A stretch of DNA of 64,000 nt from Podospora anserina. Taxonomy: Eukaryota. Positions 12,482-24,903 of this stretch are shown here, one piece after another. Numbering within the stretch: position 1 is the first letter of the stretch; each line of letters opens with the position of its first letter. Below the pieces are notes generated by a model that was given only the letters and a program-made list of their open reading frames with translations, searched no databases and was not told the origin of the DNA. The position numbers and the translations under genes were made by a program. The stretch spans positions 3,906,001 to 3,970,000 of the forward strand of contig CM030338.1 in NCBI GenBank assembly GCA_017654855.1, read 5' to 3'.

Positions 12482-13493
12482 GTCGATGTTGCTTTGGTCA
12501 ACAATTCTGAGAGGTATGGTTCGTGGTTGTCTCAACAAGGAAACAAAAGGTAAAAAGCAGAGCAGTTCAGCTTTTATTTCCCTTATTTCATGTCCATGTG
12601 TACCTCCACCGTCTTGACCCTCTATTGCCTACCTCCCATCTCACCCTCCGAATCCCAATATCGACCCTGCCGAGGAGAGTTGCCGGACGCCGGCGTCGTC
12701 ATGTCCAATATCGGCCGGATCCTATGACTTGCGCGCCTAGTTGATTACGATGCCCTCCGATAGAGAGCCAAGAGGTTGGGATAGCAGGCCATCTATCTGC
12801 CCCCAACTAGAAGAGGAATGATTATCTGAAATTCTTCTCACATGTGCGAACGTGCATGTCTTGGGCTACTTCTCACGTCTCATCTTTTCTTGCTCGCACT
12901 CATCCACGCCCCTAATATCTATCACACCAATGACAGTCATCTGCTGAGGATACCATCTATTTTGTGCCCAAAATCCAATGTATAAATCTCGAGAAATGTA
13001 ACTTGCTTCTGAAAACATGCTCCGTGCAGGATCTTGTAATACAATGATAGCAGGCGTGTACCTATCATCTTGAACAAAACACAATGATTGGATTACTGGG
13101 TAAATACCTGGGTGAATGGGCAAAGGTCGATCTGGACGAGTTGAAACTGGGCCTAATTGAGCCGGGTGCCAGAAAGAGGGCAAAATAAATAGAGGTGAGC
13201 TGTATAACGCGCTTATGATAAAGGAGGTACACGCCCACACACCCACCCCGCGTATGGTGGTATCCAGATCGCGGCAGATGTCTTCTCCTGCTCGGTTCCC
13301 GAGGAGGCTCGCATCCAGCGTGCCGTCTCGGTTTTTTCGGATGACGGAGGTAGGTCCAAGGTATTGTTCTGTCTTTGCCATCGCCATAAAGACAGGACAA
13401 ACATCCAACCCCAACCCTGGTGTAACGAGTCATGGCACTAAAAAAGTATTTCCCCTCACCAAGGGTGGTGAGGAAAACAGCAAAAGATTTGAG

Positions 13494-13581
13494 TCCCCTC
13501 GACCGGAATCGAGCCGGTGACCTTTCGGTATCAATAAATTCCTTTACAGCCGAACGTGATAGCCAACTACACCACAAGGGG
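13494..13581 (-). tRNA. tRNA-Tyr(GTA) with 14-nt intron and variant T-loop (C54)
   Basis: Reverse complement: CCCCTTG TG GTGTAGTTGGCTATCAC G TTCGG CTGTAA [AGGAATTTATTGAT] A CCGAA AGGTC ACCGG CTCGATT CCGGT CGAGGGG A. All four stems pair; anticodon 13545..13547; intron 13530..13543; TTTT terminator about 9 nt downstream. Confidence 0.92.
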
Positions 13582-14955
13582 TTTTATTGTTGCATTTTCA
13601 AGTCGAACATAGCAATCCTAAGTTAGCAACTTTTCTTTGACATCACATGTCAGTAAACTTTGGATTTCGCCAGTCCTGAACATTTGGATGGCCATCATGG
13701 CCACAATAGTAAGAGATTTTGACAATCTTCGAAAAGCATACTGCTGATTGTCTGTTTAAAGCGTGCCACTGCACTTGCAGGTTGAAATACTCGGGCAATT
13801 TCCATCACGAAAACTGAGCTGCCCTGCTGTCGATATTGACCTGTACTAGTAGGTTGGTACTCCAACGTTTTCCACATTGTTGCCAGACAGAAAAACGTGG
13901 ACTGTAAAGAGAGTGACGTAGAGTGTTTTGTGTGCTCGGGCAAAACACAAAGCTTTGTGGCACTGCAACGTTTCAACACCACGCGGTGGTTGAGCCGTTG
14001 TTTGAAACTCTGGACTCTCCAGGCACTCAGATACTGTTGAGAAGAAGTCTCCCAAGGAAGAAGCCATCTCCAACGCAAGGAACCCTGAGGCTGCGCAGTG
14101 ATGGTGGATCAGTGTGCTGCATCCAAAAAGGGGCAATGACCAAAGTTAGTTGGCAAACAGCTGTAGGCCATCTGGCAGACAGATTCCATCCGAGCCAAGG
14201 GCAACGCTCGGGCCCTTTCTTGTGCCTGGCTCTTGGCCTAGAACTTTTTGGTGAACAAGCTCTCGCTGGGCATGTCCACCAGGTACGTACCGATTGGGGA
14301 TGGTCGCAATCTCGACTAACATTTTCTCTTGTGAACGAATGCCATCATCTCCTTTTTTTTTTTTGCCAACGACGGACGGTGAGAGTAGAAGAAGGAGAGC
14401 AAGAAGAATACAAGAGATAGACATCGTCCAAGTGTGCCTCCTTGGACCATCGCTACCCAACAACCGACAGACGAGGAGCACGCAACAACAAGACCACACA
14501 AGGCCACAGCTGCAAAGTCCCACCACACCCAGGGTCGCCCCCCGTGTCCAATCTGATCCGATTCAATTGCCCAGTTTTCACCTCCTGACGCGTAAAACGA
14601 AAGCCGACCTTTCCCTGCGACCACACACTCACTACCACTACCACAACACAACCACATCCTCAAACCGCCTCGTCAGACAAAGGGAATTCATTCTTTCCCT
14701 GCCGCTCGCTCTCTCCTGCCACACGACGAACGAACTGATATTTGAACATTACGGATATGGTGGACGACGCTTGAATTGCCTTGTTGATCCAAAGAAACCC
14801 TTTTTTAATTGTCGGTCGTCTGGGCCTGTGAGCACACCCTTGGGCGGACGGCGCATAATCGATTCCATTCGCACTTCTGTATCCTCGCATCGACCGACCT
14901 CTAAACCACTTCCGTCGCTGGCTGGCTGGCTTCCCGCCCCAGAAAATCCGTCACG

Positions 14956-16691
14956 ATGGATCTCCTCCGACGAGCTGGCAAGTTCGTCCCCGCTGGAGCC
15001 CGTTTGGCACTCCCCGTCACAGATGAAAAGGACAAGAGCAAACGAAAAACATGGGCTACCCGCCTGGCCTACCTCAAAAGGCCAATGAGGTTACGGGGCA
15101 ACTCGAGCGTATCGGTGCCCCTCGGCGTCGTCGTTCTCTTCCCCGTCATCGTCGTCATCCTCATCCTTGTGCTCTTCGTCAGACACCCCAGCAATCCCGG
15201 GAGAATATTAATACCTGCTGGCGCCCCACCAGCAATAAGGTGAGCTTCGTCCCGTACCCCAGGGCCCTTCTCTCGGAGCGTGTGCTGACTGTGTCGTCTC
15301 TACAGAAAAATCAGTGAAAAGCACGACAAGGTGTTCGTTACCGGATGCCTCGAGCCAGATACCAGCAAGCCCCGCGCCAATGCCGCCTTTGTCGTGCTCG
15401 CGAGAAACAAGGAGCTGGATGGTGTTATCCAGTCCATGAAGTCGATCGAGCGCCACTTCAACCGGTGGTACAACTACCCCTACGTCTTCCTCAACGATGG
15501 CGACTTCAACCAGACCTTCATGGACACGGTCAAGAACTACACCAAGGCCAACGTCGAGTTTGGCAAGGTTGGTCCGGACATGTGGGGGTACCCTGACTGG
15601 ATTGACCCCAAGGTCGCCAAGGAGGGCATCAACAAGCAGGGAGACAACGCCATTATGTACGGCGGCATGGAGAGCTACCACTTTATGTGCCGCTTCTACT
15701 CTGGGTACGTTACCCCACCACTCTGTTGCTCGAGCTGCACAGTATACTGACCAGATGCAGATTCTTCTACAAGCACGAGCTCCTTGCCAAGTACGAGTGG
15801 TACTGGCGCCTGGAGCCAGAGATCAGCTATTTCTGCGATATCACTTAGTATGTCTTCTCTTGGTTCTCTGTCGGCATTCAGACTGCTAACCGGTTTCAGT
15901 GACCCCTTCCTTGCCATGATTGAGCACAACAAGACCTATGGCTTTACCATTGCCGTCAAGGAGCTTCGCGAAACTGTCCCCAACATCTTCCGTTATGCCT
16001 CCGCCTACAAGCGCCTCAACAACCTGACTTCCCAGGGTCTTTGGGAGATGTTCGTCGAGCCCCAGCCCGACAAGAAGCCCGAGCCCCCTGCGCCCCAGCT
16101 TCCCGACGAGATTCTGCGCAGCAAGCAGCCCGAGATTGACCCGGAAGGAATGGAGGGCGAAAAGTACAACATGTGCCATTTCTGGTCCAACTTTGAGATT
16201 GCCCGTCTCGATTTCTTCCGGAGTAAGGCGTATGAGGATTTCTTCCAGATGATGGACCGCAGTGGCGGTTTCTGGATGGAGCGGGTATGTTCTTCTTTTG
16301 CCTTTGCCCCCCTTTTTGGTTATCCAGTCGTACTGACCTTGCTACACAGTGGGGTGATGCACCCATCCACTCCCTTGCCGCCGGTGCTCTCCTCGCCCCT
16401 CGCGATATCCATTACTTCCGCGACTTTGGCTACCGCCACACCACGATTCAGCACTGCCCCGCCAACGCCCCCGCGCGCCAGCTGCCTCGTCAGCCCTGGC
16501 TTGAGGAGACCACCACCGATGAGCGCAAGCGTGTTGAGGAGGACAAGTACTGGGAGGAGTGGGACACACCCAAGGAGAACGGTGTGGGCTGCCGCTGCCG
16601 CTGCGACACGGACATTGTGGACGTCGAAGGCAAGGAGGGCAGCTGCTTGGCCGAGTGGGTTGATGTTGCCGGTGGATGGGCGAGTCCTTGA
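14956..16691 (+). CDS. GT15 alpha-1,2-mannosyltransferase (KRE2/KTR family)
   Basis: Type II TM anchor; motifs NAAFVVLARNKEL, YPYVFLND, ESYHFMCRFYSG, WYWRLEP, YNMCHFWSNFEIA and ERWGDAP; 4 introns. Confidence 0.95.
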
Positions 16692-17816
16692 TCGAAGACG
16701 TAATGAAGCTGCAACTCTTGTCGAGTATAGCAAACCCAGCTGACGAGCAGTGTACAACTTTTTACCTATAATGATACCAAACGGGTCTTGTTGAACCTGC
16801 TTTGTTTCGCAAAAAGATGGATGGACGGACGGATAGGACATGGCATATTAGGAATGAGGCCATGACCGTAAATAGATGGCGGCGAAACTCTGGTAGCTTA
16901 GCTTTGCTACTTTGGAATTATTGCCCCTTTTTCCCTTATGGAGCTTTCTTGTTTACACACTACACTACACACACAAACACACACACATTGTTGTCACATA
17001 GCAAAAATCACCACAATCTCAACTGGGACCGGCACTTTGCATTGGGGATGGTCGGGGCGGGCGCGCTTTGATGAAGTCATATTACAATGCTGGTTATTTT
17101 ATTCTGTTGTATACCTGTTTTGTTGCGTGTTGCTTCATCTTGTTTATGGATTTTTGGACGAGGATGTCTTGATATGTAGCACGATGGCCACGAGCAACAG
17201 TGTAAACCATTCACCTTTCAGATACATCTCCGCGTTAGTGAGGAAGAAATATATGCATACAGCAAAGGGGCGAGATCAGTGTTCAGTCATCTCATTTACA
17301 TCAACACAGAACAAAACAACACAGCCAACCTCAACAACTCTCTATTTTTTTCTCTACGAAACCCCTCTTATTTACCCACCCCCAACCGCCCCACCGGGGA
17401 GAGTACCAGACTAAGAAACAAAGAGGTGATTAAGACATTACAAAACATATACCGACAAAAACCTCTTGATCACCACCACCACGACAAGATCCCTAAAAGA
17501 ACCCCTTGTAAAAAAAGCCCTCTCAATTCCCAGTCATCTCGTCCCTTGATCACCGCCCTTTCTTCTATAACCCGACGCCATTCATTATTGCCTGTCCCCA
17601 GAAAAAATCTATCCCTCTATCCCTTCTTCCCGAGACCCGTAGGAAGAAAAAGCAAACGCCCGGAATAAACCCCTCCATAAAAGAAAAAAACGCCAACCGT
17701 TCCCACGCCCCACGCCATGCTCTGATTTGGTATCTTTTTCCCAACCATTCCAGACTTTTACAGCGAGACAAGAGAAAGAAAAAAACGCCGAAAACTAATA
17801 GAAAAAGCCCCCGCCC

Positions 17817-17847
17817 AGAGAGAGAGAGAGACAGAGAGAGAGAGAGA
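17817..17847. repeat. (GA)n microsatellite in the 3' region of the DHAD gene
   Basis: agagagagagagag-ac-agagagagagagaga seen directly. Confidence 0.85.
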
Positions 17848-17894
17848 AGAACCGAAAAGCAGCAGCGAGAGAAGAGAGCAAACTGAAAAAAGAC

Positions 17895-20324
17895 TTACCA
17901 AGCCGGACCGCCAGCATCGGTAACAGCACCATGGCTGGCATCGCCCACAAGACGGGCATACTTGGCCAGGACGCCCCTCACAGGCTTCATCTTGGGCGGC
18001 TTCCACCCCCGTCGGCGACGCTCCAGCTCCGCCGCAATGCCCGCGGCGCCCTTGATGCCCGAAGCCTCAATGATATCAATGCTGTTCTTGACAGCGTCAA
18101 TAGTGATGAGATCGCCATCCTCCACAAGGGCAATGGGCCCGCCCACAGCCGCCTCGGGAACAACGTGGCCGACAATGAACCCGTGGCTGGCACCGCTGTA
18201 GCGCCCGTCCGTGACAAGGGCAATCTTCTTCAAGCCGGCACCCATGATGGCGGCGCTGGCCTGGAGCTGCTCGGGCATGCCCGGGCCGCCCTTGGGACCC
18301 TCGTAGCGAACAATCAAGACCTGGCCCTCCTCCTCATCCTTGATGAGACCCGCGGAAAGGGCGCTGTTCAGCTCGTGCTCCTTGTTGAACACGCGGGCCC
18401 TGCCGGTAAAGAAGTCGCCTTCCAAGCCAGTGATCTTGGCCACGGCGCCACCGGGAGCAAAGTTGCCGTAGAGAATACGCAAATGGCCCGATTTCTTGAT
18501 GGGCTTCGTAATGTCCCGAATGATGGTCTGGCCGGGGTCGAGCGAAGGCCAGCTCGAGACGTTCTCAGCAAGAGTCTTGCCCGTGACGGTGGGAATGCCG
18601 CCGTCGATAAGGCCAACAGCAATCAGATACTTGAGGACGGCGGGAGTGCCACCGACGTTGCAGAGATCCTCCATGTAATGCTTGCCAGACGGGGCCAGAT
18701 CCGCCAGGAACGGGGTGGCCTCCGAGACGCGGTGGATATCCTCCAAAGTGAGGTCAACATCAGCCGAGTTGGCCATGGCCAGAAAATGCAGAACGGCATT
18801 GGTGCTTCCGCCGAGCACCATCGTGAGCTTCAAGGCGTTCATGAAAGACCGGCGTGTGATCAGGTCGCGGGGTCGAATGTCCTTCTCCATGCAGATGCGG
18901 ATGGCCTCGGCGGCCCGCTCGCACTCGCTTCTCTTCTGCGGAGATTCGGCGGGGAATGACGAGGACCCGGGAAGGCACAATCCCATGGCTTCAATGGCTG
19001 TGGCCATCGTGTTGGCCGTGTACATGCCGCCACACGCACCAACTCCGGGGCAGGCATGCTCTTCGATATCGTCCATGACCTCGCTGGCGGTAGCCTCGGC
19101 ACCGGACTGCTTCTTGCAGCTGGCCTTGAGCACACCGTATCTGTAGGAGCCCACAGCTTCGTAGCAGGTCGAGATGTTGATGGGTTTGTCGAGAAGCTGG
19201 GAGTGGCCTCTGCGCATGGTACCGCCATAGATCATGACAAAAGGTCTGTTGTGGCGAGCAGCGGCCATGATCACACCGGGCATGTTCTTGTCGCAACCGG
19301 GAATGCTGATGTTGGCGTCATGGCGTTGGGCGCATGTGACCGTTTCGATACTGTCAGCGATAATCTCTCTGGACTGCAGAGAGAAACGCATGCCTACAAT
19401 GAGAGTGGTAAGTATGTGAAGCCCAGCCATTGTGTCCCAACAACCCACCTTCCGAGCCCATGGTGATGCCGTCCGACACACCAATGGTGTTGAACTGCCA
19501 GGGCAGCATGTTTTGCTTCTGAACGGCCCTCTTCACAATGATGCCAAGATCCAACACTACCACACATCAGCAACCGACTCAGTGACTCTCTCTCAGACAT
19601 ACACCACCACCAGGCCTGACTCACAGTGGGTGCTGTAGTAAATCACCGCTGTTAGTTTCATTCCTTGCTCCCAAAAGGACATCCAGAATAGGCAACTCAC
19701 TTGCACGGGTTGCCCTCCCACCAAACAGTAGCGATTCCCACATGGGGCGCATTCTTCATCATATCCTTATTGGGGACACCAGCCGAGTAAAGCATAGCCT
19801 GCAAAAAGAAAAAAGAGTCCCCATATTAGCCATTCTGCCCAACGCTAGCATCATCCCCACCACCCGTTGTTTTATCTTGCAGCTTCCCTCCCATCAACTA
19901 GATCAGCAAGCTCAAGAAGCCAGCCCCACAAGAGCTAGGAGCTAGCTACCCCTCAGGCCCGACGTCTGGAAAGGGTAAAGATAGGTAATAGAGATATGAT
20001 TGCTTCTGCCGAGCAGAGCATCCGCAGCTTCCCGCAGCCCAAGGCTGAACCGGTGGGCCGGCTTGTATCGGGATTTCGACAACTGGCTCCTCCGTTCGGT
20101 AGTTTTTGAGAGAAATAAAGAGCAAAAAGACTTGCCTGGGCTCCGGGATAATCGTGGTCCCGGGTCATGAAGTGAGACCAGCGGTTCAGAGGACCCCCGG
20201 CGGGAAGATGGTCGAACTGGATGTATTCGCCGGGCTTGGGCATGTTGCGCTCATTCTCTTGCTGGTGTTGGACATCCTCGTGCCCGGTATGGGTCCCCAC
20301 CGACTCTTCCGCGTGAGGTGCCAT
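17895..20324 (-). CDS. Dihydroxy-acid dehydratase (IlvD/Ilv3 family) paralogue
   Basis: [70 protein letters not shown] and [11 protein letters not shown]. Introns 19799..20135 (GC-AG), 19633..19700, 19557..19624 and 19394..19448. Confidence 0.96.
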
Positions 20325-23300
20325 TGTGACTGTGAGTTGTGAGTCGAAGTGGTTGTGATCTTTCTCTGAGTTTTTGGCCGACTCTGGTCAGCGATTGTGG
20401 GTGTGAGAGAGTGAGTGAATGAGGGAGAGGCAGAGAGAGGTAGTTCCAGGGAAACACCCGGTGACAAGGGTGTGAACGTTTGGTGGACGGACGAGGAAGA
20501 GTATGCGCTTCTAGAAGAGCCAAGGGAAAGGTTTGGTGGGAAGGGGGACCGGATATAAATATCGTAAGGATTTTCCTCTCGCACGCCAGGCACGGATACC
20601 CAAGGCCGCTCGCTGGTTACTCCCGGTTCCAGAGTTGCTCCTGCTCTCGGCTCTTCTTCACATGACGAGATGTGGCAAAGGGAAAGGGCCAGGAACCGCT
20701 AGTTAGCAGTCCTTTGTTCAAGCCAGGTGGCCAGCCGAGCTCCCGGGGATCAATGGAATTGTCAGCTCGGGAGCATCTCCATCTGGAGATACCCTGACGA
20801 CAGCCAAACCTTGCCCGTGATGTACAACAGCAACAGCGGCCGGCTGCCCTGGATGCTCCGCCTGGTGGTTGGTTACCGGCTGTGGAGTCCGCTAGGAAAG
20901 CGTTCCTGGCAGGTCCTGGGCAGCTCCACTTCGGGCAAACGCGAAATCAACTGAACAATTCCCAAAGGAAAAAGAAGAGGAAAAAAGAAAAAAGGTCACA
21001 CAGAACCCAGTCGCCGGTAACGGTCCGATCTTGATGAGTTGGACTAAAAAGCCAGGTGCTCCCAAGGTGTTCTCACGGTAGCTAGGTATGAGCAGTTTTG
21101 TTGCTCCAGATAAGGTAGGTACTCGGCCACAGCCTGTTGAACAGTCATCAAGTGTCTGGGTTGCGGGTTTGAAAGGCCAAATTGCAGGATGGACAGGGCG
21201 GAACCACGGAAAAGGGCGGTGGGAGACGAGACGACGAGGCATGCCATGCCCGGTCCCCCTCAACTCGGCGCCGGAGCCCTACCATGTCTGTCTGTCTGAA
21301 GAAGGCCCGGGAGCCCACACACTTCACTCGCATTCGCCATGAACTGCTCCCGCCAGAACCAGAACTTTGCGTCAGTCAGCAGGATGGATCGGTTCCCCGC
21401 CAGTCAACGAACGGCGGATGCGATCCCTACCACTACCTACACGTGGTGGACAGGGCGAGCAGGTTGGTAGGTTGGCAGATATGGATAAAGAAAAAAAAGC
21501 TCGGGGCCGTGGGTGTCCGCCAAGTGTGGATTTCAACGGCTTGCCTCTATCAGTCGATTCGCCCGAGTGGACGACGACGGGGTTCGTTCCTGTCAGTGAC
21601 ATGTTGACCACAGGGGAAAGAAGGCCCGGATGACAACTCCCCCCACCGCCAATGCCACACAACACATTTCGATGCGGGAATCTGCAAGAATGCCGTCTTC
21701 CTCTCAGTGCCGGATTCGCTTCACCAACAAGACGGCCAGCTCGAACTGATGGCCCAATGAAGCCGAAGACGGCGGGCCCGGGGCTCGGGAGCCGACCGTT
21801 GCTGCATGAGCGACTGTGTCGTCGAGTGCAACGTCGAGGACGGGTAGCGAGCATGTGGACAGGGCTCATCAGCCAAGAGCCGAGAGTCTGTCCGGTTGGT
21901 TTTCCCGATGTTCCTTTTTTCCTTTGGTACGAGGGGGGATGATGGAGCGGCAGATGCATCGATCTGGCAGTGAGTGGTCATGTCATGGTCGTGTCAGTAG
22001 TGGTGGAGAGTCTCTGTCGTCGTGATGATGGCGTGTCTTGACACATCTTGACACCTTCCCGTCACGCCTAGGTAGGTAGGTAGGTAGAGAGAGCCGAGGT
22101 CGGCTGCAACTTAAATCTTGCAGTTGGGCAAGTTGGGCTGGCCAAGTCAAAGAAGAGCCTCCGTCCCGTTCGGTTCCTCTGCCGCGAACACCACATCTGC
22201 ATCGGGACTGCCTCTTATTGATCAGGAAAGTATGCCCGGCGTTCCTGTGTCACCACACCTCGACATCACCGACATGGACTATCTGCGCGGCATCAACCTA
22301 GTACATAGCCGCCCCTCCATGAACCTATCTGTGTGCCTATCAAGTCTTGTCGGAAAGAGCACCGCCTGTCTTGCTTGCCCTACCATTGCACCATGTTGAT
22401 CATTTTGATTCCTCCTGACGCGATACAGCCTCTCGGGTGCCATTCTGGGTATTTCGGGTTCACCTTCCGTCCAAGTTTGGGTTGACCGGGGATTGGGCAC
22501 AAGCTTGGCTGCCCTGCAAAAGGAAGGGGGAGGACTCGGGAGAAAGAACAGGGGTCAGCACTGGCTTGCATTGACATGGCCATGGTCCCCGCCGTTGACA
22601 CTACGCTTTGCTTAGCTCCGTCGGTTTCAGGTTCAGTTCACTTGATTTTTTTTCCCCGTCTTGCCCTCTTACAGAGGGGAAGGGGAAAGGTCCAAGTTCA
22701 GGGGACAAAACACGAAAGGGCAGGGATGAAGTCCCACGTTTTTCTCTTCCTCTCTGTCATGTATCGTACACGAATCCCATCTCAACACCACCACCGCCTA
22801 TCCGGTTATCCACCCCCCGCTACCTATGCACTGCTCGCCCCTCCCACCCAACCCATCGCCACCCAAAAACCCCCCATGAAAAGAAATTGAAGAAAATGGA
22901 AGAAAAGAAAAAAGGACATGCAAATCCGCCTCATTGCTGAACATCATGTATACCTTCCGGAGAAAGAAACAAGAGCAAGAAGAAGTAGAAAGACAGAGCA
23001 CCTTCACTGGGGCAACAAGAGGCTCATTTCTCATACAACATCTCGAATGGGATGTGTATGTAGGTACGTAGCAGGGCGTGCGTGGGTGTTGTCATCGTGG
23101 CTGGTTCAAAGTGTGTTGTCTTGTTGAAGTCATCTCTTCATCCATCATCGTCCGTAGCATCCGTCCGTAGCATCCGTCCAACTTTCCCAATCATAGATTT
23201 CCTCCCACCGATACCTGCCATACCAAAAAAGGGAAGAGCAGAAAATGGGAAGGGTCATTGTATAAAACTCGACACCAAGGCTTTTTACAGCCCAAGACCC

Positions 23301-23653
23301 AACTCTCAGCTGGCATACAACGTAGCAAACATGCAAAACGCCAAGTATAACAGCACCAACAGGGAGCAAAGCAAAAGAATCAGCCTCCAAAAGAAAAGAA
23401 AAAAAAAAGAAACTCCGACAGAAAAGGTGAAGCCCTGGCCCCAGTAAGAAACACCGTGTCCCACGGGTGCCCTGGTGGCCTCTCGAGAAGTAAAAGGGAG
23501 AGGAAAATGGCAAAACACCCCAAAACATCACCCCTAAAAGATTCTGAACGAAGAGAAGATAGCGTGGAACAACTGAGACCACCCAGAAGTCCTGTGTCTT
23601 ACCAATCATGCTCGTCAGAGCAGGCGGCTTGTAAGACTGAAAATGTCCTCCAC

Positions 23654-24903
23654 TCAAGCGCCGACCACTCCTAACGAGCACCTCTCTTCTTCCAATCTTC
23701 TCACCATCTCTCTCTCCCTGGGACTCCTCGGGTTGGCATCAATGCCAAGGATGGCGCTAATTCTGGTCTTGTCAGGCTTGCTTTGCCCGTTGTAAAAGTG
23801 ATCGTCAGGGCTACCGATCGGCGTAATGGGCGTGTGGGCAGCAATGCCCAGGCTCAAGCTGGAGCTGGAGTTGGAGCTGGAGCTGGAGGTAGGGCTGTTT
23901 CCACGCCATGCCTGCTCCAAGACCACGGGGTTGGCACCGGGTCCGTACTCAGCCGCGATGCTGGCCCAGAAAGAGGCACGGTGCGCATTGTAGATGGCGT
24001 TGAGCTTTCCCATATCCACCGGGTGGCTGGCAGAATAAGGGGTGGCAGAAAGACCGGCCGACGAAGGAGGAGGCGGGAGCGCAGAGCAGTCCAGGCGCAG
24101 ACGTCCTGGACCATGGGGGGCAGGGCCACTGTTTGACGTGTAGGAGGGATAAGGCGCCGAACCGTTGGTTGGTGTCATGGACCCACGGTAGCCAGAAGGG
24201 GCTGTCAAGGGGGCGCTGTGTGGGTGGACTTCGTGCAACGGGGTGGGATACCCACGAGACGCCGTTGGAGAGGAAGTGCCCGCCGAGGCCGAACCGCCAA
24301 TAGACGCGAGGGCGAGCTTCATCGAGGCCGGTTTGGGAAGGATGGTGGGCAGACGGGGCGATGCGCTGGCGGAAGCGGTAGCCGTCATGATGCTGGGGAG
24401 CTGAATGCCAGTTGGGCTGATCGAACCATAAGATCGTGCGGAGCCGGGAGGAGATGCAGATCGGCTGAGCGAATCGTCCTGCTCCCGGATGGGCGAGGGA
24501 ATCGAGCCGTGAAGCGGAGGGGAGTGTCCGCTGTTCGAGGATCCCGATGACGTGGACGTGGTACGCTTGCGGCGGTTGCTGCCATGGCTGAGCTGGTGAT
24601 AATGAAGGCGGCACGCGAGCTCAGTCTTCTTCAAGTGGGCGGCAATGTGCTTGTAGGGCATTTTCTGGAGACGTGTCTGAAGAAGGTAGAGCTCCTACGC
24701 AATTCCGCGTCAGTACACAATGGTTTCCCGCTCAACTGCTTTCCCCCTTGGGCACATACCTCCTCCTCACTCCATGCTCTCCCGCCACCAGTCGAAGTTG
24801 CCTTTCTGTTTTTTGTGACACCGTATTCATGACGATCCATGGCGTCGGTGGTAGGGGTATAGGGCCCGGCTTGGCCCGTCATGGGAATAGTTGGGGACAT
24901 CAT
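23654..24903 (-). CDS. Myb/SANT-like DNA-binding protein (single repeat, S/P-rich C-terminus)
   Basis: RAWSEEE|ELYLLQTRLQKMPYKHIAAHLKKTELACRLHYHQL across intron 24695..24759, followed by an NLS-like NRRKR. Confidence 0.88.

Noticed and set aside
12866..14136. Chain of minus-strand ORFs considered as an A-to-I stop-corrected gene (TAG at 13846)
   Set aside because: No recognisable homology; a TAA follows within about 30 codons; one ORF runs through the tRNA gene.
17931..18959. 342-aa + strand ORF
   Set aside because: Antisense shadow of the codon-biased DHAD gene.
19799..20135. TPP riboswitch in the DHAD intron
   Set aside because: Conserved CUGAGA and UGAUC...UAAU...AGCG core elements are absent.
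8039..20324. PhzF + tyrosinase + DHAD as a secondary-metabolite cluster with a self-resistance gene
   Set aside because: No PKS, NRPS or terpene cyclase, and housekeeping genes are interspersed.
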